In this document: one piece after another, positions 13,433 to 29,333 of the stretch
Position numbering within the stretch: position 1 is the first letter of the stretch
Layout of the letters: each line of letters opens with the position of its first letter
From: the human T2T-CHM13v2.0 reference genome, Homo sapiens
DNA: 64,000 nt
Strand: one strand, 5' to 3'
NCBI RefSeq assembly: GCF_009914755.1
Contig: NC_060945.1
The notes under the pieces: model-generated
The model's input: the letters and a program-made list of their open reading frames with translations, nothing else
What the model was told of the DNA's origin: nothing
Database searches by the model: none
Made by a program: the position numbers and the translations under genes

Positions 13433-15520
13433 TCATTCAAAAACAAAAATAGGAAAGAGTGACACATACACAGAAAATAAAAAATACAAACCAGGCAACA
13501 GAAAGTACCTTTAAGAGACTCAAATTTTGGACTTAGATGAAAACATCAAAGATTCTCTTATAAATATTTCCAAAGAGCTAAAGAAGCCATGCTTTAAAAC
13601 AGTAAAGGTCTATATGTTTACAATGTCTCATCACATAGAGAATATCGACAGAGATATAAATTGCTGAAACAAACCAAATGAAATTTCTAGAGTTGAAAAT
13701 TACACTAACCAAAATGAAAAATTAACTAGAGGGGCTCAAAAGTCAATATGAGCTAGTAGAAGAAAGAATCAGCAAACTTGAAGATAGGTGGATAGAGATG
13801 ATGCAATTGGAAGAACAGAAAAAAAGAATAAAGAAAAATTCACAGTCTTAGCAAATGTGGGGAACCATCAAACACTTCAAGCAGTGAAGTGCAATGAGCA
13901 TATCAAACCAGCAGAGAGAGAAAAGAGTACAAAAAAAATTTTAAAGAAATAATGGCTAAAAACAGACCAAATATAATAAAACTTTTTATCTACAAATCCA
14001 AATATCTCAATAAATTCTAAGTCAGATAAATGTAAGAGATCCAAACCCAGATACATTATAGACAAAATGTTGAGTGCCAAAGACAAAGAAAAATCTTAAA
14101 AGCAGCAAGACTAAAACAACTTGACACATACAAGAAAACTGCAATAATTTCAACAGCTGACTTTCATCAGAATTAATGGAGGCTAAAGCAGTGGATGACA
14201 TTAAAAATGCTAAAAGAAAAAGAGAGAACCAATAATTTTATATTCAGCAAGACAATCTTTCTAATGTGAAAGCAAAAAAGGCAGAGAATTTATAGCACGC
14301 AGACCTGTCTTATTAGCAATACCAAAGAAATATCTTCAAACAGAATGTAAGTGACAGGAGAGTAATTCAAATTTATGAGACAAAAAACGTAATATATAGT
14401 TATTGGTAATATATGCCAATAAAGGTAATTATATAGTTGAGTTAATTGTAAAAGATAGTATAATTGCATATTTCTTTTCCTTTCTTCTCTCAGTTGATTT
14501 AAAAGACAAGTGCATAAGATAATATGTATGGAATTATATTATTGGGCCCATAACTTACAAAATTGTAATATATTTGACAATAATAGCACAAAGGAGGCAG
14601 GTGGAAGCAAAATTATATCAGAGAAAGAAAATAACACAAGTTGGCAACTAAAATCCACAGGAAGAAATAAAGAGAAACAGAAATGTAAACTAAGAAACAA
14701 ACATTTATTATTATAACATGTAACAAACATTATAAATATATTAAAAAGAGAATGAAGGAATGGAGTTATGTAAGAATAATGTTTCTATATTTCACTTGAA
14801 TTAAGTTAGCATAAATCTAAAGTAGAATCTGATAAGTTAATATGTATATTGTAAATCCCAGAGAAACCAGTAAAAAAGAAAACTGGAAAATATATAGTAA
14901 AAAACTCAGTAAAGAAATCAAAATGCTGCATTAGAAAATATTCACTTAATGCAAAATAAAGTAGTAAATGAGAAACAGAGAAACAGAAAATACGTGTGAC
15001 ATATTTTTTAAAAAAAGTAAAATAATAGACAAATCCAAACATATCAATAATAACATTAAATGTGGATGAATTAAGCTACCTGACCAAAGGCAAAGATTGT
15101 CAGACTGGACAAAATAAAAACAAGATCCAACTATATTATATCTACAAAAGACACCCTTTAAATTCAAAGATATACATAGGTTTAAAGTAAGAGGATAAAA
15201 AATTGTATATAGCAATAAAAGACTTGGAGTAGCTACATAAATATCAGATGACATAAACTTTAAAACAAACATAATTATAGAGATAAAGAAGGAAATTTTA
15301 TAATGACAAAAACAAATTTGTCAAGAATACATAGCAATTATAAACATATATACACCAAACAACAGAGTCCCCAAAATAGGTAAAGCACACCTGACAATGC
15401 AAAAATAATTGTTTCATATCTCACTTTCAATAATAAATACAAAAACTAGGCAAAGAGTCAACAAAGATATAGAGGACTTGAATAATGCCATAAACAACCA
15501 GACCTAACAGACATCTACAG

Positions 15521-16057
15521 CAGCAATCTTCAACCTTTCTGGCACCAGGGACCAGTCTAATGGAAGACAATTTTTCCACAGGCGGGGGTGGAGGGTCGGC
15601 AGGGGCTGGTTTCAGGATGATTCATGTGCATTATATTTATTGTACACTTTATTTCTATTATTATTACATTGTACTATATAATAAGATAATTATACAACTC
15701 ATCATAATGTAGAATCAGTGGGAGCCCTGAGCTTGTTTTCCTGCAACTAGATGGTCCCATTTGAGGGTGATTGGAGACAGTGACAGAACATCAGGCATTA
15801 GATTCTCTCATAAGAAGCACACAACCTAGATCCCTCACATGCATAGTTCACCATAGGGTTTGTGCTCCTGTGAGAATATAATGCTGCTGCTGATCTGATA
15901 GGGAACGGAGCTCAGGCAGTAATGTGAGTGATGGGGATTGGCTGTAAATACAGATGAAGTTCGCTAGCTTGCCTGCTGCTAACCTCCTGTTGTGTGGCCT
16001 TGTTCCTAATAGGCCATGGACTGGTACCAAACCATGGCCCAGGGTTTGGGACCTCTG
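15521..16057 (+). mobile_element. MER1A hAT-Charlie DNA transposon
   Basis: About 537 bp with CAG...CTG termini (CAGCAATCTTCAACC / GGTTTGGGACCTCTG). 8-bp hAT-type TSD ATCTACAG / ATCTATAG. Confidence 0.9.
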
Positions 16058-16887
16058 ATCTATAGAGCACTTCAACCAATAAGAGCAAAACGCACATTCT
16101 TCTCAAGCACACATGGAACATTCTCCACATAGACCATATATTGAACCACAAAAAAAGCCCAAAGAAATTTAAAAGAATTGAACTCATACTAACGTTTTCA
16201 CTGACCATAGTGAAATAAATTAGAAATCAATAACAATATAAAATTTGTGAAAGTCGTAAAATTTGGAAATTAAACAACATGCTCCTAAATAACTAATATG
16301 TCAAAGAACAAACCAAAGGAATATCAGAAAATATTTTGAGATGAATGTAAATGAAGACATAACACCAAAATGTATGTGATGCAGATTAAGCAGTGACAGA
16401 GGGAATTTTTAAACTGCAATTGCCTTTATTAAAAAATAAGATCTAAATTCAGTAACTTAACCTACCACGTGAAGACACTAGGGAAGAAAAACAAAAAGCA
16501 AATTAAACCTAAAGCAAGTAGATGAAATAAAATAATAAATATTAGAGATGAAATTAAGGATAGAAAAACAATGGAAAGTCAATAAAATGAAAAGTTGTTT
16601 CTTTGAAAAGATTAACAAAATTGAGAAACCTTTATTTAGCTTGACTAAGAAAAAGGAGGATTCAAATTACTGAAGTTAGGAAAGAATCAGGAAATATTGT
16701 TAGTCTACTAAAATAGATAAGGAAGTACTATGAGAAATTATATGGAAATAAATTATATAATTTAGATGAAATGGACAAATTGCTAGAAAAGAACAAATTT
16801 CTGGAACCAGGTAAAAAAGAAGTAGAAAATCTGACTAGACATATAGTAAGTAAGAAGATTGGATTAGTTATCAAGAAACTACCCACA

Positions 16888-17576
16888 TACAGTGTGGTGA
16901 TTCCTCAAGGATCTAAAACTAGAAATACCATTTGACCCAGCAATCCCATTACTGGGTATATACCCAAAGGATTATAAATCATTCTACTATAAAGAAATGT
17001 GCACACGTATGTTTATTGCAGCACTATTTACAATAGCAAAGACTTGGAACCAGCCCAAATGCCCATCAATGATAGACTAGATAAAGAAAATGTGGTACAT
17101 ATATACCATGGAATACTGTGCAGCCATAAAAAAGAATGAGTTCATGTCCTTTGCAGGGACATGGATGAAGCTGGAAACCATCATTCTCAGCAAACTAACA
17201 CAGGAACAGAAAACCAAACATTGCATGTTCTCACTCATAAGTGGCAGCTGAACATTGAGAACACATGGACACAGGAGGGGAACATCACACACTGGGCACT
17301 GTCGGGAGGTGGGGGAAAGGCAAAAGGGGAAAGGGAAGGGAGAGCATTAGGACAAATACCTAATGCATGTGGAGCTTAAAACCTAAATGACAGGTTGATA
17401 GGTGCAGCAAACCACCATGGCACATGTATATCTATGTAACAAACCTGCACCGTCAGCGCATGTATCCCAGAACTTAAAGTAAAATAAAAAATAAAATATA
17501 TAAAAAATAATTACTTCCAGTTCCATAGTAATCACACTAATTAGAATTTTCCAGGCAGAAAAAAAAAAAAAAAAAA
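16888..17576 (+). mobile_element. 5'-truncated L1PA7/8-like element carrying a 3' transduction
   Basis: L1 3' end (GCATTAGGACAAATACCTAATGCATG...CCCAGAACTTAAAGT), A-rich tail, 48-bp non-L1 segment, second poly(A). TSD AAGAAACTACCCACA / AAGAAACTACCCTCA. Confidence 0.9.
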
Positions 17577-20095
17577 GAAACTACCCTCAAAAATTGCCCA
17601 GGCACTGATACTGATGGCCTTATTGGTTAATTCTACCAAACAGTTGAAAAACCAGTAAGGCCAATTCTTCATAAACCCTTCTAAAAATTAGAAGAGGAGG
17701 GATTGTTTCCCAACTCATTCCACAGGCCAGTATTAACCCAATACCAAAACTAGACAAAGATATCACAAGAAAATTACAGACAGAATCTGTAGTGGATGAA
17801 TTTCATCATATGCCTTATAAAAGTAGATTTAAAATACTAGAAACCCAATTCAGCAATACACAAAAGAATTGTACATCATGACCAAATAGCACTTATCCTG
17901 GGAATGCAAGGTTGTTTAGCATCTGAAAAATCAATGCTTACAACACGTATTAATACAATAAAGAATACGATTTTTGAGATCATTTCAATAGATGTGGACA
18001 AAACATTTGACAAAAGCCAATGCCCTTTTATGATAAGACTACTCAGCAAGTGAGGAATAGAAAGGAACTTTCTCAATCTGATAAAGGAAATCTACAAAAC
18101 CCCACAGCTAACATAATATTTAATAGTGAAAGACTGAATATTTTCCCCTCAAGATCAAGAACACAGTAAGGATGTCTGCTCTTACCACTTCTAGTCAAAA
18201 TTGTAAAAAAGAAAAAAAATTATCCAGGTAATTGGGCAAGAAAAGAAATAAAAGACATTCAGATTGAAAAGGAAGAAGTAAAACTATTTATTGACAAATG
18301 AAATGATCTTGTATATAGAAAACACTGAGGAATCCACTAAAAACTATTAAAACTAACAATTTGAGCAAGATTGCAGGATACAAGATCAATTTACAAATTT
18401 CAGCTGTATTTCTATACAGTTTCAATTAACAACCTAAAAATCAAATCTAGAAATCAATTCCATTTACAATAGCATTAAAAAAATAGAATGTTTAGAAATA
18501 TGTTTAACGAAAGAAACATAAAACATGTATTCAGAAAACTATAACACATCACTGGGAAAAGTAAAAAAGACCTAAATGAAACACCTCATTAACGTAGATC
18601 AGAAGACAATATTATTACAATGTCAATACTCCCCAAATTGATTTAGAAAGTCACTGCAATTCCTATTAAAATATTCGATGGCTTTTTTACACAAATTGAC
18701 AAGTACATCCTAAAATTCATGTGGAAATGCAATTGACTGAAATAGTCAAAACAAACTTGAAAAGGAAAATCAAAGTTGGAGGACTCATAATTCTCAATTC
18801 CAAAACTTACAACAAAGCTACAGTAGTCAAGACAGTGTAATATTGGCATCAGGACAGACACATAAATTAATGGAACAGAATAAGAATTGAGAATCCAGAA
18901 ATGAACTTTTAACTTTATGGTCAGTTGATGTTCAACAAGGGTGCTGGGATAATTCAAGGGGGAAAGACTAAACTTTTTGACGTTGAGACAACTAGATATC
19001 CACATGCAAACGAATAAAACTGAACCACTTCCTCACACCATACACAAAAAGTAACTCAAAATAGACCATAGATGTAAATGTAAGAGCTGAAGCTATAAAA
19101 CTCTTAGAAGAAAACATAGAAGTGAGTCCTTGTGGCCTTGTATTATGCAAAGTCTTCTTCAGTAGCCCACCAAAAGCACAAGTGATAAAAAAAAAGTATA
19201 TATCAGACTTCAGCAAAATTATCAAAATTAAAAGCTTTTGTGCTGCAAATGATAACATCAAGAAAATGGAAACACAACCCACCAAACTGAAGAAAATATT
19301 TCCAAGTCATGAATCTGATAAGGGATTTGTATTCAAACTATAAAAAGAACTCTTACAACTCAGTGATTAAAAATAAGCTAATTAAAAATGGGCAAAGGAT
19401 GTGATGAGGCTTTTTCCCCCCAAGGAACATGTGCAAATGACCACAACACATGGAAAGACTCTCAATATCATTAGTTATCAAGGAAATGCAAATGAAAACC
19501 ACAATGAGGTACCACTTCACTAAGGATCAAAATGAGAGATGATAACAAATCTTTGCAAGGTTGTGAAGAAATGGAAACCCTCACTCATTGCTGCTGGAAA
19601 TGAGATAAGACACAGCCACTTTGGAAACCAACTGGGCAGTTCCTTAAAAAGTTAAACATAGAGATACCACGTGACCCAGCAATTCAACTCCCAGGTATCA
19701 ACCCAAGGGAAATGAGAACATATATCCACAAAATACTTGTACATGAATATTTTAGCAGCATTATTAATAATAGCTAAGAATGGAAACAACTCAAATGTCC
19801 ATTAACTGATGAATAGTTAAATAAAATGTGATATATCCATATAATGAAATATTATTGAGCAATAGAAAAGAATGAAGTAATTACAACAGTGTGGATGAAC
19901 TTAAAAGCACTAAGCTAAGTGAAAGAAGCCAGTCACAAAGGATCCCATGTGGCATAATTCCATTTATATGAAATGTCCAGACTAGGCAAATTTGTAGAAA
20001 TAGAAAATAGATTACTGGTTGCCTAGGGCTAGGGCAGGTGGAGTAGAAAGAGAACAGAGAATGGGAAAAGGAGAATTGGAGTAGGTAAAGAGCTC

Positions 20096-20437
20096 TGTGT
20101 TAGGCCATACTTCTGTTACTCTAAATACCTGAGACTGGGCAATTTATAGAGAAAAGAAGTTTAATTGGCTCATGGTTCTGCAGGCTATACAAACAGGGTA
20201 CCCACATCTGCTCAGCTTCTGCCAAGAATCTCAGGAAGCTGACAACCATGGTGGAAGGTGAAGAGGGAGCTGGCACGTCACATGGCTAGAGCAGGAACAA
20301 GAGACAGAGCAAGAGAATGAGTGGGGAGGGCCACACACTTTCAGACAATCAGATCTCCCCCTTCAGGCCCCACTTCCAACACTGGGGATTACATTTCAGT
20401 ATGAGATTTGGATGGGACAAATAACCAAACTCTATCA
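20096..20437 (-). mobile_element. MSTB-like MaLR solo LTR (internally deleted)
   Basis: TGTGTTAGGCCA...AATACCTGAGACTGGGCAATTTATA...CAAACTCTATCA. Confidence 0.8.
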
Positions 20438-20849
20438 GGTTCCATTTTGTGATGACAATAAGGTTCTACAGTCAGATTTGATGATGGTTGTATAACTCTG
20501 TAAATATACTGAAAACCATTGAATTGTACTCGTTAAATGGGTAAATTATATGGTATATGAATTACATCTCCATATAGCTGTTTTAGAAACGCATGCACAA
20601 GAGACAGAAAGTTACAGACTATATTTACCAAAGTTTCTGAGTGATCATGGAGACTGTTTATTAAATAACATGTCTTTGCCACCTTGAAGCCATGCCATTC
20701 TTCATGTGAGATCCTGTTTCACAGCAATAGCTCATGAACTTGTTATAGGTATAGAAATATAATAAAAATGCAGATTCAACTCATTTTTATTTATAACATT
20801 AACACTATAATAAGGATGTCGTTTCGACTACTGTATCCCAGATATTATG

Positions 20850-21730
20850 AGTACTGGCTGGTCTCTATAGCCCTCCACCCTTCCCTGCCGTCTCTGTGCC
20901 CTAAGCAGCTAACTTCTATGGACTGCATCACCTTGACTCCCTCATCGCAAGCGTTTAAATGTTTGTGTCCTCTCGTTAGGCTGTATTCCTAATGACCGCA
21001 AGCCCTGTCTGCAACCTCCTCCTACAATTCTTCTGACCATAATGAGGGTCCTATAATATCCTTCGCTCCCCTTGCCCTTTCACTCTTAGGAGTGGAGAAG
21101 CTTTGTGCTGGCTCCTGATGTGATGCTATTAGGAGGTCTTTGGAAGATAATTAGGTCATGAGGGTGGAACCCTCATGAACGGTATTACTGTCCTTGTCCA
21201 AGAGACTCCAAGGAATTATTTCACCCTCTTTCCACCTTGTGAAGATGCAATGAGAAGTCAGCAGTCTGCAATCGGCCCTCACCAGATTGCCCTGAAAGAG
21301 GGCCCTCACCAGAACCGAACATGCTGGCACCCTGATCTTGAACTCCAGCCTCCAGAACTATGAGAAATACATTTCTGTTACGTATAAGCCACGAATCTAT
21401 GGTACTTTTATTATCACAGATTAAATGAACTAAGACACTGATTTCATTGGGTTTGGCCAACAGAGACCTGGACAGGAACCCAGAGAGCAGAAAGAGAGAG
21501 GCTTGCCCCACAAGCCCTGTCTGTGACCTGCTTCTTACAGTTCTTCTGACCATGATGAGGGTCCTATAACACCCTTTGCTCCCATTGCCCTTTCACTCTT
21601 AGGAGTGGAGAAGCTTTGTGCTGGGGCCATTCCTGAGTCATGTCATCCTCTCGTACTCGGTGCCCACACCTCAGTTCACAGTTGCTCACTGCTCCTGCCA
21701 TCCGTTTCCAGCTGGGAACTTGGTAGAGAC
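20850..21730 (-). mobile_element. LTR33-like ERVL LTR, interrupted by MLT1A
   Basis: CCCTCCACCCTTCCCTGCC...CTATGGACTGCATCACC | ...TTGGGTTTGGCCAAC...TGCCCACACCTC...GCCATCCGTTTCC...GAGACA. Confidence 0.6.
20946..21437 (+). mobile_element. MLT1A-like MaLR LTR containing an ectopic insertion
   Basis: Starts GTTTAAATGTTTGTGTCCTCTC, body GGTCATGAGGGTGGAACCCTCATGAA...GCTGGCACCCTGATCTTGAACTCCAGCCTCCAGAACT, ends GAACTAAGACA. Confidence 0.75.
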
Positions 21731-22426
21731 AGGGCAAGCACACCAGTTCCTTACCTAACAGGAACCCTCTATGGTCAAAGGGAAGAATTTATTCCACTGT
21801 TCAGACTGATCACGTCATGTTCTGCCTACCTTGGCCTTGCAGACCCACGTCTGCACCAAACGACATGTTATAACGATGCTCTGTTGGGTGGCCTTTTGCT
21901 TCTAGTTTTCTATGACACTAGAGATACTCTTGCAAGCAACAGAGTTTAACTTTAGAAGCTGAATTTTTATCCTACAAAAATGAGCTTACCATAAATACGG
22001 TCAGTGTGCCTATTTTATAATGTCTCAAATAGAATAGTAAGAATCAAAACAATCTTAAAAGTAAATTGTGTTACACAAATTTGATATCCAAACAACATTT
22101 AAAGCTTACTGGATATGCATTTTGAAGTGGAAACCTGAATTCCTGGCTTCCAGGCCCGGTTAGTGCCTCCACCTGTGTCTCATCTGCCTTTGTCTGGGAA
22201 GCAGTTTTCAGACCCAGCTGAGCCTGACCCAGTGGAATCTCCGGTGCTTAGCACAGCCAGACTGATAGAGTTCGCCTTTCCTCAGAATGCAAAACAATTC
22301 ATCCAGAACTAGCAAGTCCACAGATAAGGGATATTTATGCTTATTGTGCCAGATCTCTGAATGGCTGATTTAAAAAATTATATAAAATAAAATAAAATCT
22401 TGTGTGTCTCTTGTGGGTTAAGAAAT

Positions 22427-22700
22427 GGAGGCCGAGGCAGGCGGATCACGAGGTCAGGATATCAGGACCAACCTGGCTAACACGGTGAAACCCCGTCTCT
22501 ACTAAAAAAATACAAAAAATTAGCCAGGCATGCTGGCGGGCGCCTGTAGTCCCAACTATGTGGGAGGCTGAGGCAGGAGAATGGCGTGAACCCGGGAGGC
22601 GGAACTTGCAGTGAGCGGCAATGCGCCACTGCACTCCTGCCTGGGTGACAGAGCGAGACTCCGTCTCAAAAAAAAAAAAAAAAAATGAAAAGAAAAGAAA
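22427..22700 (+). mobile_element. AluY, 5'-truncated
   Basis: AluY diagnostics GGATCACGAGGTCAGG, GCTAACACGGTGAAACCCCG and GAATGGCGTGAACCCGGGAGGCGG. TSD AAGAAATG. Confidence 0.92.
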
Positions 22701-23352
22701 TGCATTGCACCATTTTTTCATGGCTACTTTAACCAGAGGTGGCCTACATTTATTTCCTTCCTTCAGGTCATATAACATCAGATCTTTTCATTAGCATGAT
22801 AGCTGGAGATGTATTTAGAAGCTTTTTCTTTATAGCAACTAAAATACCCAACATACAAAACATTTACAGTATTTCATTTATCAAGAACCTATCTCTTTGT
22901 GGCAGACACAAAACCTGACTTGAAGTCAGTTAAGGGGTGATGTGACTTGGGGGATCTTCAGAAAAAGCCTTTGACTGAGAATATCACCCCTGCTGTCAGT
23001 CACTTTACTGCGATAATATTTTCCCTTTAAGCCAGGATTTCCCAAAGTGCGTGGAGAAAGACACAACCAACGCATTACCTTTGGTTACTTCAGGGGATGG
23101 GACTGGAAAGCACTTGGGGAGGAGAGAGACTGTTAACATTTTATACATTTTATCATTTAGCTCATCGCAACAATTGTATATTACTAAGGCAGTTTGTTTT
23201 CAGAAATCTGATACCGAGCCTTTTAAAGGTAAAATGTAATAGAATTAGGGGAATGGGAATACATTTTGGGAACTCTGCGTTAAACCAGGTTCTCATTGAT
23301 AAACATCAACCTCTATCCCATGCCACAGAGGGCACTTCAAAGCCACATCCCA

Positions 23353-23715
<363 letters not shown>

Positions 23716-24009
23716 CTAAGTCCCAGAACAACCAGATATCCACAGCTCCAAAACACACCAGAAATTCCCTCCTTTCCCTCTGCCAGGGAAGAGCCCACCC
23801 TTCATCCATCTGGATCCAGTTTAAATATCACCTCCTCTAACCCAGGCTATGGTCTAGCACCCTCTCTCTGGTTTCCCGCAATATTCTCCGCAGGCTGTTT
23901 ACCCACCTCACATTCCGGGAGGGCTACTGAGGGCTCATACGCTTGGATGGAACTCAATATCAGGTCTTTACTGAGAACCACGTGCTCCTCCCATGTGGAG
24001 CTCTTTATA

Positions 24010-24160
24010 ATCATTCCCTCATTCAACACCCTATGAGCCAGAGAGGATTACTTTCTCTGTTTTACTAACAAGGAACCTAAAATTTGGAAAAGATGCAAAA
24101 CTAGCCCAAAGTTGCGTGTTTAGTGACTGATGTAGCCATAATGCTGCTGCCAGGCCAGCT
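24010..24160 (-). mobile_element. MIR fragment within L2 remnants
   Basis: CAACACCCTATGAG...TTTTACTAACAAGGAACCTAAA...ACTAGCCCAAAG. Confidence 0.5.
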
Positions 24161-24639
24161 CCGGCTGCCCACCCTCTCCCTGGGGGCCTTGACGATAAGT
24201 TATTAGCTCCTCGTGAGGCTGGCAGTGTGAGTCCACCTTCATACCCTACAGGAGCTGGCAGGATGACCACTTGTTAGATGTTTAATAAATGATTGTTGAG
24301 CAAATAAAGAAATGCTTGGGTGAATCAGAAAGATGTGATTACTATTAACTTCTCACTATTAAAACATAACAACTTCTGGGCAGGGTTCCCTCTTAATCCC
24401 TTATCAGACTACCTGATGTAGCCTCTGTAATCAACACCTTAGCAGAATTACCACATATAATCCTTCCTGATAGAGTGCCTGAAACTCAATCGACTCAGCA
24501 AATGCTTGGCTCCTTGCCTTCTTTCCTCCAAGAGCTAGAAGGAGGAAGGTTGGATGTGTGAGGTTTGGGAAAGTCACCGCATGCTGAGAGGACATTGATT
24601 CAGGGATTGAGAGGACATCAAAGACAAACTTCTCACACT

Positions 24640-25360
24640 TGTCCACAAAAGAATCCCAAGGTCCATACACTTGGAGAAGAGAGCTTAATTTCTTATAAAG
24701 GGTTGCAGCCTCTGGCCACCCTGAAAGACTAGGAAGCATAGCCTTCAGCAGAGACTGAAAGCAGCTACTTCGAAGGAGGATGGGTGAGACAGGAATTTAT
24801 GCTGAATGGGTTGGCTAAGTATATATATTTAACAAGCTATAGGAGGGGCTGTGAATATTTATGAGGGGTGTATGTGCATGCATGGTAAACCTGTGTGTAA
24901 TATGCATCCCATGTTCACTTTGGGGTGGAGACGTAACATTTAAATGCATTAAAGTTAATCTCTATATATAAAAAGATGAAGCAGAGGACAGGAAGGTCCT
25001 CAGTGTGCAGCCTCTGTGGACCTGCCCGACCACCAGTCTGTGGCTGAGGGTCTCTTATCAGGAGAAAGTTACTAAAATTAGTCTCTTTTCGAATCAAAGC
25101 TGTAGTATGGTTTGTGGGATTGGGTGAGGTGAGGAGGTCAGTTAGTCAGTGTCTGTCCATCAGTGAGCTGCAATTGTTTCACTATTGCTCATCGCCAGGC
25201 CAGTGTGGAGAAAAAGAAAATCTTTGTGGCAGAACATAGCTGACTCTTTAAGTGCACAGGTGTATAACCTAACTCCTCCGCGCATGGCCTTTAGTCTTGT
25301 TTATAATTTGGTGTCTTATTGCCACTCTGTTCTGTCAGTCTTACGGTCCCTGTTTGAGCA
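24640..25360 (-). mobile_element. ERV1 MER4-group LTR (MER49-like)
   Basis: TTGGGGTGGAGACGTAACATTTAAATGCATT...CTTATCAGGAGAAAGTTACT...GTTTATAATTTGGTGTCTTATTGCCAC. Subfamily uncertain. Confidence 0.6.
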
Positions 25361-25849
25361 CACTTCATCATCTTGATTAGCACCAGGCTGGTGCACTTTA
25401 TTAAAAAATCAAGGAAACTACCCAGTCTGACTCAATTCACTTAAATGTCCTTTAGGCATGGCCATAAATACTCAACTTTAGAGGTAACAAACATCATGGA
25501 TGCTTTTCACATAATGCTGTTTCACATAAAATTCTCGGCAACCCAGTTCTTGTATTGTAGGTGAAATAATCAAAACTTCAGAGCGTTCAGTCAAGATGAC
25601 TTTGCTACGTCATAATGGAGCTAAAGGTCGAATGCAGGGCTTGTGAATAGACTCCAATCTAGCCTCCATCTCTCTGTGTGGCACCCCTCTCTGGATGTGG
25701 TTGTCATCTCCTCTCTTCTCTTCTTGTGGCCTCATCTCTAGAGTTGAATAAGTAATGGGTCGAATGGTCTGGCTTTGCTCTTTCCCTTTTCCAGCCCTCC
25801 AACCCCCTACTTAGTCAGTTAAAGCACCAGGTAAAGAAATAAAAGAGGT

Positions 25850-26680
<831 letters not shown>

Positions 26681-26959
26681 TTACGTTTCCTGTAAACTCC
26701 GTTCTGGAGGCATGACTGCATATAGAAGTTGAAAACTATAATTAGGGAAAGAATTTTAATTTTATAATAATCTCTGTATGTATATGTCTCTTATTGGGCG
26801 TGAGGGTAGGGGAAAGAAGTTACTTTTTTTGGGTTAAAATGGAGCAGTCAGTATGAGAAAGTGTCTTGAGACTTGGATTTTAGTGAATTGTATGATTAAG
26901 CGCAAGATCCTTAACCACTCTAATAATCCTTGATACTAAGTACCTATGAAATGTGAATA

Positions 26960-27283
<324 letters not shown>

Positions 27284-27834
27284 CTATTCTTCTCACACAG
27301 ACATTGCTAAAGTTAAAAAAAGAATATGTTATTAAGAATATGTAAAAGCCTATAAAGTGTCAGATTATTGTTATTAATTATCTGTTTTCATTACCATAAA
27401 ATAAGAAACTGGAAGAAGAAACTATGCTTTCTATGTATTCCTATTTAAACTCTGAGGGGGGTTAGAGTTTTTCCAGTAATGAAGCAGTTGTTCATTCCAT
27501 GTTGCTCTGGGAGCAATTATTTGTTTCCTCAGTGAAACAAGTGAAAAAAGAACTGACGTGGGTTGATCCTTGATCATCTCTATTTGCTTGTACAGATACC
27601 GATTACTGCCTAACCATCAGAAGAGAATGGTTAAAATTTTTCAAAGCTCTATTCCTACGTGTCAATAAATCCACAAAAATAATAATAGCTCTGAGCACTC
27701 AAAAGGGTAAACTCTTCCTGCTCCCTCCTTAACCACCAAACTTCTGCTTTGAGGACCAAGTATTTTCTCTCTGCCTCTAACGTATACCCAATATACCCAA
27801 GTAATTATGACCTACAAAGCTGATGTTTTAAAAA

Positions 27835-28790
<956 letters not shown>

Positions 28791-28923
28791 GACTTATTTT
28801 TGAAGACTGATTTCTAAGCCACCCTCTTAGATGACCGGTGCTCAGATCCCACTGGTGGGTGACCCTGGCCGTATTACCTACAAATAAGAGCAGCTGTACC
28901 TTGGGGAGAATGGCCTCTGGCTC

Positions 28924-29333
28924 TGTATTAGTTCGTTCTTGCACTGCTATAAAGAAATACATGAAATTGGGTACTTTATAAAGAAAAGAGGTTTAATTGG
29001 CTTACAGTTCCACAGACTGTAAAGGAAGCATGGTGGCATCAGCTTCTGGGGAGGGCTCAGGAAACTTACAATCATGGCAGAAGGCAAAGGGGGAGCTGAC
29101 ACCTCACATGACCCCAAGCAGGAACAACAGAGAGTAAGAAGGGAGGTGCTAAACGCTTTTAAACAATTAGATCTCATGAGAACTCACTATTATGAGAACA
29201 GCACCCAAGGGGATGCTATTAAATTAGAAACTGCCCCCATGATCTAATCCCCTCCCACCAGGCCGGACCTCCAACATTGAGGATTATAATTGAATATGAT
29301 ATTTGCAAAGGGACACAGATCCAAACCATGTCA
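28924..29333 (-). mobile_element. MSTA-like MaLR solo LTR
   Basis: TGTATTAGTTCGTTCTTGCACTGCTATAAAGAAATAC...GGACACAGATCCAAACCATGTCA. 5-bp TSD GGCTC / GCCTC. Confidence 0.88.

Noticed and set aside
20999-21624. 113-bp direct repeats as the TSD or LTRs of a novel element
   Set aside because: Too long for a TSD and lacking TG...CA termini. Better explained as LTR33 sequence copied into MLT1A, which is reported as a finding.
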